In this document: positions 52,387 through 62,608 of the stretch, one piece after another
How positions within the stretch are numbered: the first letter of the stretch is position 1
How the letters are laid out: each line of letters begins with the position of its first letter
Origin: Vicinamibacteria bacterium
GTDB taxonomy: Bacteria > Acidobacteriota > Vicinamibacteria > Vicinamibacterales > JAENWD01
Direction of reading: 5' to 3'
Length of the DNA: 64,000 nt
NCBI GenBank assembly: GCA_963828745.1
Contig: CAWHFZ010000019.1
Span: 61,842-125,841, forward strand
Position numbers and translations under genes: made by a program
Notes under the pieces: model-generated
What the model was told of the DNA's origin: nothing
Database searches by the model: none
What the model saw: only the letters and a program-made list of their open reading frames with translations

Positions 52387-55236
52387 CTATGCCCCCGCGA
52401 GCACGTCTTTCACCCGACTGGAGATCTGGTCCGGCGTGAACGGTTTCGCGACGTACGCGACGCCCGGGTCGAGGACGCCATCGTGCGCGATCACCGACTC
52501 GGGATGACCGGACATGAAGAGGATCTTGGCCCCTGGGCAGACGTGGCGGAACCGCTCGGCCAATTCGCGGCCGCCGAGGACCGGCATCGTCACGTCGGTG
52601 AGCAGCAGATCGATTTCGTCGGCGTGCGCTTCGGCGATGCGCAGCGCCTCGCCGCCGTCTTGCGCCTCGAGGACGCGAAAACCGCGTCCCTTGAGTACTC
52701 GCGCGGCGAGTGTGCGCACGGGAGTCTCGTCCTCCGCTAGCAGGACGACCTGACCGCCGCGGTGAGCCGACGCGGCGACGGGTGCTCTCTCGGCCGCCGC
52801 CGCCGCTCGCCGCGCCTTCGGCAGATAAACGTGAAACGCGGTTCCGCGCCCCGGCTCGCTCATGACACGAATCTGTCCCCCGTTCTGCGTCACGATCCCG
52901 TGACACATCGCGAGGCCGAGCCCAGTGCCCTTGCCCTGCTCCTTCGTCGTGAAGAACGGCTCGAAGATGTGCGCAAGGACGTCCGGCGGCATGCCTTCGC
53001 CGGTATCGGAGACGGTGAGACGCACGTAGTCGCCGAACAGCGCGTCGACGCGGTGACGGGTCTCCTCGAGCCTTTCGTTGGCGGTCTCGATGATGAGGCG
53101 GCCGCCGTTCGGCATCGCATCGCGGGCGTTCACCGCCATGTTGACGATGACCTGCTGCAGCTGGTTCGGGTCGGCATCGACCCGCCAGAGATTCGAGGCC
53201 AGCTGCAGCTCTGTCTGAATGCTGCAGCCAAGCAGCCGGTGCAGCATGCGTCCGGCGTCATCGACGATCTCGTTCAGATCGAAGACGCGCCGGGTGACCA
53301 CCTGGCGACGCGCGAATGCGAGCAGTTGCGCCGTGAGCGTCGCCGCGCGCGAACCGGCGTGCTGGATCTCCTCGACGAAGCCGCGGGCCTGCGGATTGCC
53401 GCGCACTTCGTCTTCGAGCACCTCGGCATAGCCGAGAATCGCGGTCAGCAGGTTGTTGAAGTCGTGCGCGACGCCCCCCGCCAGGCGGCCGATGCTTTCC
53501 ATTTTCTGTGCCTGGAACAGCTGATCCTGGAGCGCGCGGCGCTCGCTGATGTCCTGCACGAGGACCAGCGCGAACGAGGCCTCGTCGTTCTCGTCACGGA
53601 CGATTGTCACGGTCACTTCGCCCCACGTGATCAGGCCGTCCTTGTGAACGTAACGTTTCTCGACGCGGGCGCCGTGTGCGGGCGTTGTCGATCCGGACTC
53701 GATCGCGAGCTCGCGCTGGCGATCTTCCGGCGCCGTCAGATCGTTGAACGTCATGGTCGTCAGCTCGGCGGCCGAGTAGCCAAGCATCTGTTCGACCGCC
53801 GGATTCGCGCGAAGAATCCGCCCGTCGAGCGTTCCCATCAGGATCCCGATTGGTGATCTCTGGAAGACCGTCCGGAACAGGGACTCGCTCCGGCGCAGCG
53901 CGGATTCGACCTCCCGACGCGCGGACAGGTCCCGCACGACGGCCACCAGGTGCGTATCGTCGTCGAGCGTCAGGCGCCTGACGCTCATCTCGACCGGCGC
54001 GGCGGTACCGTCGCCGCGCCGATGGTTGGTCTCGACGACGACCTCTCCGGTGGCCGCGGCGACCGAAAGACCCTCGCGCAATGTAGTGCGGTCTTCGGGA
54101 CCGACGAGATCGTCGATCAGGCTGCGTCCGATGAGCCCCTCGGCGCCGTAGAACTCGTTCGCCCGCTGATTGGCGTGCGCGACCCGGCCGTCTGGAGAAA
54201 GGAAGAGGATCGGGTCGCTGGCATGATCGAGAATCGTGCTGACGCGACGCTGTTCCTGGGCGGACGCGGCGTCGTGGCGACGCCGCCGCCAGAGCAGGGC
54301 AGTCGCGGCGGCCAGTGCCGCCGACATGGCGACTGCGCTCCACGCCAGGATCGTCATTCGGACGATTCGCCGCGGCGCGGCCAGCGCGTCGGATTCGTCA
54401 ACTTTCAACGTCGCCAGCCACGGCGTGCCGGCGACCCGGCTTCCCGCGACGAACGTCTCGACGCCGCGATAGTCCGGTACGGTGGCAGCGCTTGATGGGC
54501 GACGGCCCTGCAGCAGACGCGCCATCGGCGACCCGGCTTCGATGGTCTGCGTCCCGCCCCGTTGCCCAGAGGATTTCAGCGGCGTCAGATAGATGAATCC
54601 GGTGCCGTGCGGTTCGACGAGATTCGACTCGGTCGACGCGTAGGGCAGCGGCGATCGCGACAGCGCGGCAAACAGGTAGTCGCTCGCCGGCTGTTCGAGC
54701 AGCACCGCCGCATCGCGGCGGCCGGACAGTGCGATGCGCGCCGCGAAGGTCGCCCAGATGCGCCCATCCTCGTGCGTGTGCAAACCGACGGCGGTCTGAC
54801 CACCAGTGCCAGGAACGACAAGGCATTCGGGCGAGGTCGAGCGATTGGCCGCTCGGGCCACGACCTGCCCGTCGCGGACGATGAGCACCTGGCCGTATCC
54901 CTTGATGCCGACAAATGGGCGGAGCGTTTTGACGAGATGCGATTCGCCCGCGGCGGATGGCTGGGGCGTGCGCAGCAGCTCGATCGCGGAGGGATAGTTG
55001 GCGACCAGTTGCGCATCCCTGAGCCCGACATCGGCCCAGCGGCTGATCGCCGCGGCACGAATTTCGGCGCGGCGATTGAGCGTTTCGACGAGCTCAGCGC
55101 GCGCGCGCGCTTCGGCACGAGGTCGATAGATCAGCAGGCCGGCAACCGGTACAGCAAGCGCGGCTATCGCCGCGCCGATCGCCAGTAGCCGCCAGCCAGG
55201 CGCAGGGCGATGGACAGACTCCGGACTGTGGGGCAT
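52387..55236 (-). CDS. Hybrid sensor kinase (periplasmic domain-PAS-PAS-HisKA-HATPase-REC)
   Basis: [53 protein letters not shown]. Confidence 0.94.
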   Translation of the reverse strand: MPHSPESVHRPAPGWRLLAIGAAIAALAVPVAGLLIYRPRAEARARAELVETLNRRAEIRAAAISRWADVGLRDAQLVANYPSAIELLRTPQPSAAGESHLVKTLRPFVGIKGYGQVLIVRDGQVVARAANRSTSPECLVVPGTGGQTAVGLHTHEDGRIWATFAARIALSGRRDAAVLLEQPASDYLFAALSRSPLPYASTESNLVEPHGTGFIYLTPLKSSGQRGGTQTIEAGSPMARLLQGRRPSSAATVPDYRGVETFVAGSRVAGTPWLATLKVDESDALAAPRRIVRMTILAWSAVAMSAALAAATALLWRRRRHDAASAQEQRRVSTILDHASDPILFLSPDGRVAHANQRANEFYGAEGLIGRSLIDDLVGPEDRTTLREGLSVAAATGEVVVETNHRRGDGTAAPVEMSVRRLTLDDDTHLVAVVRDLSARREVESALRRSESLFRTVFQRSPIGILMGTLDGRILRANPAVEQMLGYSAAELTTMTFNDLTAPEDRQRELAIESGSTTPAHGARVEKRYVHKDGLITWGEVTVTIVRDENDEASFALVLVQDISERRALQDQLFQAQKMESIGRLAGGVAHDFNNLLTAILGYAEVLEDEVRGNPQARGFVEEIQHAGSRAATLTAQLLAFARRQVVTRRVFDLNEIVDDAGRMLHRLLGCSIQTELQLASNLWRVDADPNQLQQVIVNMAVNARDAMPNGGRLIIETANERLEETRHRVDALFGDYVRLTVSDTGEGMPPDVLAHIFEPFFTTKEQGKGTGLGLAMCHGIVTQNGGQIRVMSEPGRGTAFHVYLPKARRAAAAAERAPVAASAHRGGQVVLLAEDETPVRTLAARVLKGRGFRVLEAQDGGEALRIAEAHADEIDLLLTDVTMPVLGGRELAERFRHVCPGAKILFMSGHPESVIAHDGVLDPGVAYVAKPFTPDQISSRVKDVLAGA

Positions 55237-55253
55237 CGAAGCATAACGTCATC

Positions 55254-55269
55254 AGCAAGCGTCTTGCCA
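55254..55269 (-). promoter_or_regulatory. Candidate sigma-54 promoter
   Basis: TGGCAA-GACGC-TTGCT upstream of the kinase start. Confidence 0.5.
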
Positions 55270-55503
55270 CGGCGGAGCTGGTCCCCGAGGCGCGGCGCCG
55301 CACGCGCAACGCCTCAGAGAAATCGCGAAATCATGTGCAGTCTTGCTCTTGATGTCAGATGATCGACAGACTACGGGGCAGGGGTGCATGAGGCCAAGCA
55401 TCTGACCACCGTGGTCACCAGCTGGCAAATTTCGAAGCGGCCTCTCGAGGGAGCCTCTGAAACGATCCGGCCCCCCGAGGTGTCAAAGACGCGGAGGTTC
55501 TCG

Positions 55504-56154
55504 ATGTTCAGTTCATCGAAGTTGCGGATGCCGGCGCCTGGGGAAGCGCTGCCGGGCCGCGACACGCCGATGGAGGTTCCCGCCGCCCACGCCGTGAACG
55601 GAGCGCCGCTCCGCGGGCCGTTTGCGGCCGGCTTGGAAGTCGCGGTATTCGGGCTCGGCTGTTTCTGGGGCGCGGAACGGAAGTTCTGGCAATTACCCGG
55701 GGTCCATACGACGGCGGTTGGATACGCCGGCGGCTCGACTCCGAATCCAACGTATGAGGAAGTGTGCTCGGGGCGCACGGGACACACGGAAGCGGTGCTC
55801 GTGGTGTTCGACCCCTCCGTAATCTCGTACGACGATCTGCTGAAGGTGTTCTGGGAAAATCACGACCCGACGCAGGGCATGCGGCAGGGCAACGATGTCG
55901 GCACGCAATATCGCTCGGCGATCTACACCTACTCCGAGGCGCAGCGCGAAGCGGCCTTGCGATCGAAGACCGCGTTCGAGGACGCATTGTCCCGGTCCGG
56001 TTACGGCCCGATCACGACCGAGATTCGTGAAGCTCCGGAGTTCTATTACGCCGAGTCGTACCACCAGCAGTATCTGGCGAAGAACCCGAACGGCTACTGC
56101 GGTCTGGGCGGCACGGGGGTGACCTGCCCGATCGGCCTGGAGCTCCAGGCCTGA
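55504..56154 (+). CDS. msrA: Peptide-methionine (S)-S-oxide reductase
   Basis: [40 protein letters not shown]. Confidence 0.96.
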   Translation: MFSSSKLRMPAPGEALPGRDTPMEVPAAHAVNGAPLRGPFAAGLEVAVFGLGCFWGAERKFWQLPGVHTTAVGYAGGSTPNPTYEEVCSGRTGHTEAVLVVFDPSVISYDDLLKVFWENHDPTQGMRQGNDVGTQYRSAIYTYSEAQREAALRSKTAFEDALSRSGYGPITTEIREAPEFYYAESYHQQYLAKNPNGYCGLGGTGVTCPIGLELQA

Positions 56155-56169
56155 GACGCGATGCCGAGG

Positions 56170-56202
56170 GCTCGCGCGCGACAACGCACGTCGCGCGCGA
56201 GC
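56170..56202. terminator. GC-rich hairpin between convergent genes
   Basis: GCTCGCGCGCGAC-7 nt-GTCGCGCGCGAGC, perfect 13-bp stem; no U-tract. Confidence 0.5.
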
Positions 56203-56208
56203 ACGTCG

Positions 56209-56433
56209 CTACCGCTTCCGTGCTCCTGACTTCCGGGAGCTCTTCTTTGCGGCGCGTTTGCGCGGCACCTTCGCGCCCTTCTCTCGCGCTTCGTTCAGGC
56301 CAATCGCAATCGCCTGCTTGCGGCTCTTGACCTTTCGGCCCGAGCCGGACTTCAACGTCCCGTGCTTCCGCCGGCGCATTGCGCTCTCGACTGTGGTCGA
56401 CGCTTTCTTCGAGTAACGCCTCTTCTTTGCCAT
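56209..56433 (-). CDS. Small basic DUF6496-like protein
   Basis: GTLKSGSGRKVKSRKQAIAIGLNEAR..G motif; RBS GAGGA. Confidence 0.85.
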   Translation of the reverse strand: MAKKRRYSKKASTTVESAMRRRKHGTLKSGSGRKVKSRKQAIAIGLNEAREKGAKVPRKRAAKKSSRKSGARKR

Positions 56434-56475
56434 CTCGTCCTCATCAGGGGAGCGGAACCGATGAGGATCGAGAAA

Positions 56476-56491
56476 TGCAGGTCGCGTTCCA
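56476..56491 (-). promoter_or_regulatory. Candidate sigma-54 promoter
   Basis: TGGAAC-GCGAC-CTGCA, GG-N10-GC, 43 nt upstream of the small basic gene. Confidence 0.45.
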
Positions 56492-57256
56492 TTGATGGCT
56501 CGAGCGCGACAAGGTGCGGTACGGGTCGGTTGTTCGGGATGGCACTACGCTGGCTGGGCGGGGGTCTTCTACGATCCTTCGCTGCCGAAATCAAAATGGC
56601 TCGAGGCGTACGCGCAGGAATTCGATACCGTCGAGCTCAATAACAGCTTCTATCGACTGCCGTCAGCCGGGCAGTTCGCGCGCTGGCGCGAGTCGGTGCC
56701 GAACGGGTTTCTCTTCTCGGTCAAGGCCAGCCGTTATCTGACGCACCTGAAGCGCCTGCGCGATCCGGACGCGCCGCTCGAGTTGTTGATCACGCGCGCG
56801 AGCGAACTCGGATCGACGCTCGGTCCCATCCTTTATCAGCTTCCGCCTCGATGGCGTCCCGATCGCGAACGTCTGCTCGCCTTTGTCGAGGCGCTCCCTC
56901 GCCGCGCCCGTCACCGGCGGACGCCCCTCACACTGCGGCACGCGATCGAATTCCGCGATGCAGAGGCGTACGAGGCGCACACCATCGATCTTCTTCGCAG
57001 CCACGACGTCGCGCTTTGTGTGCACGACATGCACGGGTCCGAATCGCCGCGAACCGTGACGAGCCGGCTGGCCTACATTCGCTTTCATGGTTACGGTGCG
57101 AAGTACGGCGGCAGCTATCCGACGGAACGGTTGACGAGCTGGGCCGAGTGGATCGGCCTCCTCCGCCGCGAGGGCATCGACGTGTTCGCGTACTTCAACA
57201 ACGACATCGATGGCCACGCCGTTCGTGACGCCAGGCGCCTCAAAGCGCTGTTGTGA
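56492..57256 (+). CDS. DUF72 family protein
   Basis: VGCSGW, VELNNSFY, KASRYLTH, LYQLPP, IEFR, YIRFHG, YFNND. Confidence 0.93.
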   Translation: MMARARQGAVRVGCSGWHYAGWAGVFYDPSLPKSKWLEAYAQEFDTVELNNSFYRLPSAGQFARWRESVPNGFLFSVKASRYLTHLKRLRDPDAPLELLITRASELGSTLGPILYQLPPRWRPDRERLLAFVEALPRRARHRRTPLTLRHAIEFRDAEAYEAHTIDLLRSHDVALCVHDMHGSESPRTVTSRLAYIRFHGYGAKYGGSYPTERLTSWAEWIGLLRREGIDVFAYFNNDIDGHAVRDARRLKALL

Positions 57257-57304
57257 CCTGGCAATTCTTCCTGCCTGTATGCACATGAGACAATGAGGCC
57301 GCGT

Positions 57305-57949
57305 ATGGCGGCTCTCATCGACCTGTTTCTCCACCTCGATAAGCATCTCGTCGAGCTCGTCACCAATTACGGGCGCTGGATATACGGAATCCTGTTCGCC
57401 ATCGTCTTTGCGGAGACCGGCCTCGTCGTGACGCCGTTTCTCCCGGGCGACTCGTTGCTGTTCGCCTGCGGCGCGCTTGCAGCGAACGGGACGCTGGACG
57501 TCTGGATCGTGTGGGCGTTGTTGACGACGGCGGCGATTCTGGGTGATGCCGTGAACTACGCCGCCGGCCGCTACGCCGGCCCCAGGGTATTCCGCGCGGA
57601 GGATCGCTCCGGGCTGCTGCACAAGCTGCTCAACCGCGAGCACCTGGCAGAAGCGCACGCGTTCTTCGAGCGTCACGGCGGCAAGGCCATCGTGCTGGCG
57701 CGGTTCGTGCCGATCGTCCGCACCTTCGTGCCGTTCGTCGCCGGTGCCGGCACCATGACCTACAGCGCGTTCGCTTTCTACAACGTCGCTGGAGCGATCC
57801 TCTGGGTCAGTGTCTGCGTCGGTGCGGGCTATGCCTTCGGCAACGTGCCGATCGTCAAGAACAACTTCTCGCTCGTCGCGCTCGGGATCGTCATCGTCTC
57901 CGTCCTGCCGATGGCGATCGATCTGCTGCGGCGGCGGAGGAAATCTTGA
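57305..57949 (+). CDS. DedA family membrane protein
   Basis: FAETGL..PFLPGDSLL, GDAVNY, ARFVPIVRTF.PFVAG. Confidence 0.94.
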   Translation: MAALIDLFLHLDKHLVELVTNYGRWIYGILFAIVFAETGLVVTPFLPGDSLLFACGALAANGTLDVWIVWALLTTAAILGDAVNYAAGRYAGPRVFRAEDRSGLLHKLLNREHLAEAHAFFERHGGKAIVLARFVPIVRTFVPFVAGAGTMTYSAFAFYNVAGAILWVSVCVGAGYAFGNVPIVKNNFSLVALGIVIVSVLPMAIDLLRRRRKS

Positions 57950-57952
57950 GAG

Positions 57953-58157
57953 ACTCACTGGCAGTGCCAAGTGCAAGTGCAAAGTGCCAAGTGGAGTTGG
58001 AAGTGAGAAGGTCAAGAGTGGTGGCTGAAAAAGCTACTTCACCGCTGGGCACCGCCGCGTACGAGCGACGATCTGACCGATTCAGCAATCACTCTTCACT
58101 GTTCACTACCCACTCCACTTTGCACTTGGCACTGAGCACTTGGCACTGCCAGTGAGT
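57953..58157. repeat. MITE-like palindromic element with 22-bp terminal inverted repeats built from AAGTGC-type units
   Basis: ACTCACTGGCAGTGCCAAGTGC (57953-57974) and its exact reverse complement (58136-58157); further inner complementarity. Confidence 0.85.
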
Positions 58158-58639
58158 AGTTTCTGCAGGAACACCAGGTCGAGCCACCGGTCGAACTTGA
58201 AACCGACCTCGCGGAAATGCGCCACGCGTTCGAATCCGAGCCGCTCGTGGAACGCGATTGAGGCGCGATTGTCCGCGTCCACGCCGGCGATCATCACGTG
58301 CTTGCCAAGTGAGTCCGCCCGTTCGATGAGCGGGTGCATCAGCGCCGTGCCGACGCCGCGGCCACGATGGTCGCGGTGCACGTGGACGCTGTGCTCGACA
58401 GTGAACCGGTAGCCGGGCCACGGCCTGAAGTCGCCGAACGTCGCGAATCCGAGCACCGTGCCGCCCTCGTCGGCCACCAGCGTGGGATAGCCAGCCTCCC
58501 GCTTGGCGCGCCACCACGCCAGGCGATCGTCCAGCGTCGCGGGCGCGTCACGATATATCGCGGTCGAGGTGGCGATCACCTCGTTGTAGATTTCCAGGAT
58601 CCGGGCGAGGTCGCCCTCCTGCGCATCGCGTACGGTCAT
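58106..58639 (-). CDS. GNAT N-acetyltransferase (phosphinothricin/MnaT-like)
   Basis: IYN..I, TVEHSVHV, RGRGVG, NRASIAFHERLGF, EVGFKFDRWLD. Confidence 0.93.
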   Translation of the reverse strand: MTVRDAQEGDLARILEIYNEVIATSTAIYRDAPATLDDRLAWWRAKREAGYPTLVADEGGTVLGFATFGDFRPWPGYRFTVEHSVHVHRDHRGRGVGTALMHPLIERADSLGKHVMIAGVDADNRASIAFHERLGFERVAHFREVGFKFDRWLDLVFLQKLLTGSAKCSVPSAKWSG

Positions 58640-58705
58640 TCGTCTATTGCTCCTTCACCTGGTCTCGACACGCTACCACTCGTCGATTCGCGATACCGAA
58701 GTGGC

Positions 58706-58743
58706 TTGACATCATTGTCACAATGAACTAGTACAATAGTTCA
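58706..58743 (+). promoter_or_regulatory. Promoter/operator region of the GntR gene
   Basis: AT-rich island with TTGACA (58706), TACAAT (58732) and palindrome TGAACTA-N6-TAGTTCA (58724-58743) directly before the GTG start. Confidence 0.65.
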
Positions 58744-58744
58744 A

Positions 58745-59149
58745 GTGGCCATTATCTCCGTCGATACCCGCGACGCGACGCCGATCTACGCGCAGCTCGA
58801 ACGCGGACTGCGGGCGGCCATGGCCACGGGCCGCCTGCGGCCGGGCGACCAGCTGCCGACCGTACGCCAGCTGGCCGTCGACCTTCGCGTGAACGCGAAC
58901 ACCGTCGCCAGGGTCTACGCGGAGCTCGAACGGGTCGGCGTCATCGAGACCCGGCGGGGCGTCGGGTCGTTCATCAAGGCCACGCCCGCGGAAGCGCACC
59001 CGCCGCGCGAGCGCGACCGGCGCCTGCGCGCGTTCGTGACCCGGATGCTCGCCGACGCCGATGCCGCAGGATTCACCGCTGACGATGTGATCGCGGCGGT
59101 GAAGACGCAGCGGCCGTCACGAAGCAGCGATCGGCCGGCGAATGGCTGA
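58745..59149 (+). CDS. GntR family regulator (YtrA-like, short C-domain)
   Basis: PIYAQL, GDQLPTVRQLA..L.VN.NTV.R.Y..LE, RRGVGSF. Confidence 0.92.
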   Translation: MAIISVDTRDATPIYAQLERGLRAAMATGRLRPGDQLPTVRQLAVDLRVNANTVARVYAELERVGVIETRRGVGSFIKATPAEAHPPRERDRRLRAFVTRMLADADAAGFTADDVIAAVKTQRPSRSSDRPANG

Positions 59150-59173
59150 TCTGCCTTAAGGAGGACTCCTGAC

Positions 59174-60106
59174 ATGGTCTCCGTCGATTTGAATCGTCGC
59201 GAAGTCGTCAGCATCGCCGGGCCGCGCACCAACGTCGTCGCCATTCTGCTCCTGCTGGCGTCGATGGCGATCGGCCTTGCCGGCAGCGTCGTGACGCGCA
59301 ATCCGCTCCCGGTGGGGCTGATGCTGATCGTCGGCGCGGTCCTGATGCAGTCGCCGCGAATCGCGCAACAGTGGGAGCGTGCGATCGTGCTGCGCCTCGG
59401 CCGCTTCACTGGCCTCCGGGGACCGGGCCTCTTCTGGATCCTCCCATTCCTGGATCGCGTGTCGTCCTGGATCGACCAGAGGACCATCACGACCAGCTTC
59501 GCGGCCGAGCAGACCCTGACCTCCGATACGGTCCCTGTGAACGTCGACGCGGTGCTGTTCTGGATGGTGCACGACGCGCAGAAGGCGGCGCTCGAGGTGC
59601 AGGACTATTCGCAGGCGGTGAGCTGGGCGGCGCAGACGGCGCTGCGCGACATCATCGGTCGTACGACCCTCACCGATCTGCTGCGCGGCCGGGAGCGGAT
59701 CGAGGCGGAGCTGCAAGCGCTGATCGACCATCGCTCCAATCCCTGGGGCGTGACCGTGCAGTCGGTCGAGATGCGCGACGTGGTGATCCCTGGCGCGCTG
59801 CAGGATGCGATGTCCCGCGAAGCACAGGCGGCGCGCGAGAAGCAGGCGCGCATCATCCTCGGCCAGGCGGAGATGGAGATTGCCAACTCCTTCCAGGAGG
59901 CGGCCAAGTCCTATCAGTCCAATCCGACAGCGCTGCATTTGCGTGCCATGAACATGCTGTACGAGGGGCTCAAGGAGAAGGGCGCGCTGATGGTGATTCC
60001 GAGCAGCGCCGTCGATTCGATGGGCCTCGGCGGCATGCTCGGCGCGGCGGCGCTGCGGCAGGAGCAGCTGGCGTCGCCCGGAGACGGTGGCAAGAAGAGC
60101 GAATAG
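59174..60106 (+). CDS. SPFH/stomatin (slipin) family protein
   Basis: WERAIVLRLG, GPGL, LTSDTVPVNVDAV, AQTALRDIIG, WGVTV. Confidence 0.92.
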   Translation: MVSVDLNRREVVSIAGPRTNVVAILLLLASMAIGLAGSVVTRNPLPVGLMLIVGAVLMQSPRIAQQWERAIVLRLGRFTGLRGPGLFWILPFLDRVSSWIDQRTITTSFAAEQTLTSDTVPVNVDAVLFWMVHDAQKAALEVQDYSQAVSWAAQTALRDIIGRTTLTDLLRGRERIEAELQALIDHRSNPWGVTVQSVEMRDVVIPGALQDAMSREAQAAREKQARIILGQAEMEIANSFQEAAKSYQSNPTALHLRAMNMLYEGLKEKGALMVIPSSAVDSMGLGGMLGAAALRQEQLASPGDGGKKSE

Positions 60107-60145
60107 GCGCGCGGAATCTCCCGCTCGCAGATCGCCGGAGGACCG

Positions 60146-60752
60146 ATGCGCCGCACCCTGCTCGCCGTCCTCATGTGCGTCGCGTTCCAACACGCGACGC
60201 CAGATGCACGACAGACCGCCGATGGCGCCCGTTTCGATTCGGCGTCGATCACTGTCAACGCCTCGAACGGCGCGTCCGGCGGCTGTTGCCGCATCCTACC
60301 GGACGGGCGGGTAACTGCCAGCAACGTTACGGTCAGGCAACTGATTCAATCCGCCTATCAACGCTACATCTTCGATGAGCGCCCGATGTCGGATCTGCCG
60401 GCGTGGGCCGATTCGATCCGCTTCGACATCGCGGCGGCGGCGCCCGCAGCGCCGGCGTTCGATGCGGATGGGGCTGCCCCACAGCTCGCGTCGATGCTCC
60501 GGAATCTGCTCGCCGACCGGTTCAAACTGAGAATTCGCATAGAAGCGAGCGAGCGGCCGACTCGCGGCCGCCGAGATTCAAGCCGTCGAGATTCGACCTC
60601 CAGGCCCCTTCGGTCCCAGCTACAGACCCTCCGATACGAAGGAGTCAATCTTCTCGTCGCTGCCGGAGCAGCTCGGGCTCGAGTTGAGGCCGGACAGCGG
60701 ACCCGTTGAGGTCCTGATCGTCGAGCACGTCGAGAAGCCTACCGAAGGCTAA
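60146..60752 (+). pseudogene. TIGR03435-type protein with internal deletion and frameshift
   Basis: FDSASI..N, W..S.RFDI.A, MLRNLLADRFKL; canonical-looking C-terminus SIFSSLPEQLGLEL..GPVEVLIVEHVEKPT in a different frame ending TAA 60750-60752. Confidence 0.75.
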
Positions 60753-60764
60753 GGAGCAGCCATC

Positions 60765-60869
60765 ATGCAATCCAACGCGCCGGACTATCTGAACCTTCAC
60801 TGGTGGTTCCTGCTGGTCGTGCTCGGGATGATCCTCGCGGCGGTCGGCTGGATGCGATTTCTGAACTGA
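60765..60869 (+). CDS. 34-aa single-TM small protein
   Basis: AAGGAG 8 nt upstream; MQSNAPDYLNLHWWFLLVVLGMILAAVGWMRFLN*. Confidence 0.6.
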   Translation: MQSNAPDYLNLHWWFLLVVLGMILAAVGWMRFLN

Positions 60870-60972
60870 CGCATCGGTCGCCTCGCTGCGCTCGGCGCGG
60901 GGCGTTCACTGCGTTCGCGCTTGGTCGCTCGCTTCGCTCGCGATTGGGGGCCGGCTGCGCCGGCCTCTGCAA

Positions 60973-61079
60973 TTCGTGATCATAGAGATCCGTGAGGTCC
61001 GTGACCGGTCTGTCCGTAAAGTCCGATAACCAAGTGAATCCGCGAAGTCCGTGACGGCTTAGTCCGTGCAGTCTGTGAC
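60973..61079. repeat. GTCCGTGAC-type tandem repeat arm
   Basis: Shares the exact 18-mer ATCCGCGAAGTCCGTGAC (61038-61055) with 52344-52361 and 52369-52386; abuts the stop of the minus-strand gene. Confidence 0.8.
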
Positions 61080-62525
61080 TCAGATCACCCGGAAGGCCAC
61101 GACCGTGACGAGCGTTGGCAGCAGCGCCCCGACGACGAGCCAGAGGGGCTCGACGCCGTCGCCGAAGAACTTCGAAAGAATTGCCTGCCCGGCCGGATTC
61201 GGGGCGTTGGCGATCACCGTCAGCCCGCCGCCGGTCACGGCCCCCTCCACGATCGCCGCTTTCGTCGATTCGCTGAGCGTCGGTACCAGCGTCGCCAGGT
61301 AGGTAATAAGCGCGTTGTCGTTGAACGCGGTGAGGAGCGTCGATCCGAAATAGAGCGGCGTCTCGGAGAGGCTGGCCAGGACCGGCGCGATCCACCATCC
61401 CTGCAGGCCGCCATGGACGACGAGGCCCGCGAGAAAGAACCCGACGAGCAAAGGCGCTTTGAGCTCGATGCGGCTCTGGTAGGCGGCGGTCGCGCGAGCG
61501 AAACCGATGAAGAACAGGAAGCCGCCGATGAACAGGGCCGGGTAATGCGAGTTCACGACGGTCCACGCCATGAAGACGACGTGCGCGACGGTGAGCCACA
61601 CCGGCACGGGAGGAAGCGGCGTTGCGGCACTGACGTTCTCCGCTTCCGGTCGCTCGACATCGGGAACCGCGGCGCGGTCGGCCAATTGGCGCATCTCGCG
61701 TCGAAACACTGCGTAATAGGCGAGCGTCGACACGACGACGGCGGCAGTCGCGCGCCAGCCAAAGTGCGAGAGCATGTACGGCGTGTCCCATCCCCACGGC
61801 CGCGCCACCATCAGCACGGGGGGCGCCGCAAAATGCGTCAGCGTCCCGCCCACCGAGACGTTGACGAACAGCAAACCAAGCGTCGCGTACTTCAATCGGC
61901 GGCTCGGGTTCAAATCGAAGAACTGCCGCGACAGGAGTAGCGCGCAGATGGTCATCGCCGCCGGCTCGGTGATGAGCGATCCGAGCAGGGGACCGACGAT
62001 GAGAATCGCCAGCCACCAGGCTCCTGCCGTCGCGCCGCCGAGATTCGCGATCAGCCGCATGCCGCCTTCGGCGAGCGTGATGATCGGCCGTGTGGACGCC
62101 AGCGCCATGATGACGACGACGAAGAGCGGTTCGGTGTAGTTGACCGTGTCGTTGAGGTAGTGCGTCGTCGTGTCCCAGCCGACCGATGCCGCCATTGCGG
62201 CCGCCACGACGACTGCCCACAGGCCAAAGACCACCTCAACTTCGCCGAAGAAATGCAAGATCTCGGCGCGAACGCTGGGGCGCAGTGGAAGCCGGGCCGC
62301 GCGCGCCCGCGCGTCCTGATGGTCTTGCAACTGATGCGCGAGCCGGGAGAACTTCGACGCCGCAAAGGTGTGAAGGATCGCGACGGCGAAGATGATCGTC
62401 GCCACCGTATTGAAAGGTGCGATCGCGACCCGCTCGGCAAGCGTCGCCAGCAGACCCTCGCTCGAGGGCGGCGGATACGAAGAGAGGGGCGGGGGGAACG
62501 CGATCCCGTGCGCAATCGATAACAT
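61080..62525 (-). CDS. Putative Na+/H+ antiporter (DUF1504-like)
   Basis: HFFGEVEVVFGLW, YTEPLFV, GSLITEPAAMT, NVSVGGTLT, DNA, GGGLTVIANAPNPAG. Confidence 0.8.
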   Translation of the reverse strand: MLSIAHGIAFPPPLSSYPPPSSEGLLATLAERVAIAPFNTVATIIFAVAILHTFAASKFSRLAHQLQDHQDARARAARLPLRPSVRAEILHFFGEVEVVFGLWAVVVAAAMAASVGWDTTTHYLNDTVNYTEPLFVVVIMALASTRPIITLAEGGMRLIANLGGATAGAWWLAILIVGPLLGSLITEPAAMTICALLLSRQFFDLNPSRRLKYATLGLLFVNVSVGGTLTHFAAPPVLMVARPWGWDTPYMLSHFGWRATAAVVVSTLAYYAVFRREMRQLADRAAVPDVERPEAENVSAATPLPPVPVWLTVAHVVFMAWTVVNSHYPALFIGGFLFFIGFARATAAYQSRIELKAPLLVGFFLAGLVVHGGLQGWWIAPVLASLSETPLYFGSTLLTAFNDNALITYLATLVPTLSESTKAAIVEGAVTGGGLTVIANAPNPAGQAILSKFFGDGVEPLWLVVGALLPTLVTVVAFRVI

Positions 62526-62608
62526 TTGCGGAAGATACTGGTTCCTCGCCGTGCGCGGCAACCGCCGTGGACGATTTACACCGTGAAACCGTCGAACATC
62601 ACAGCACC

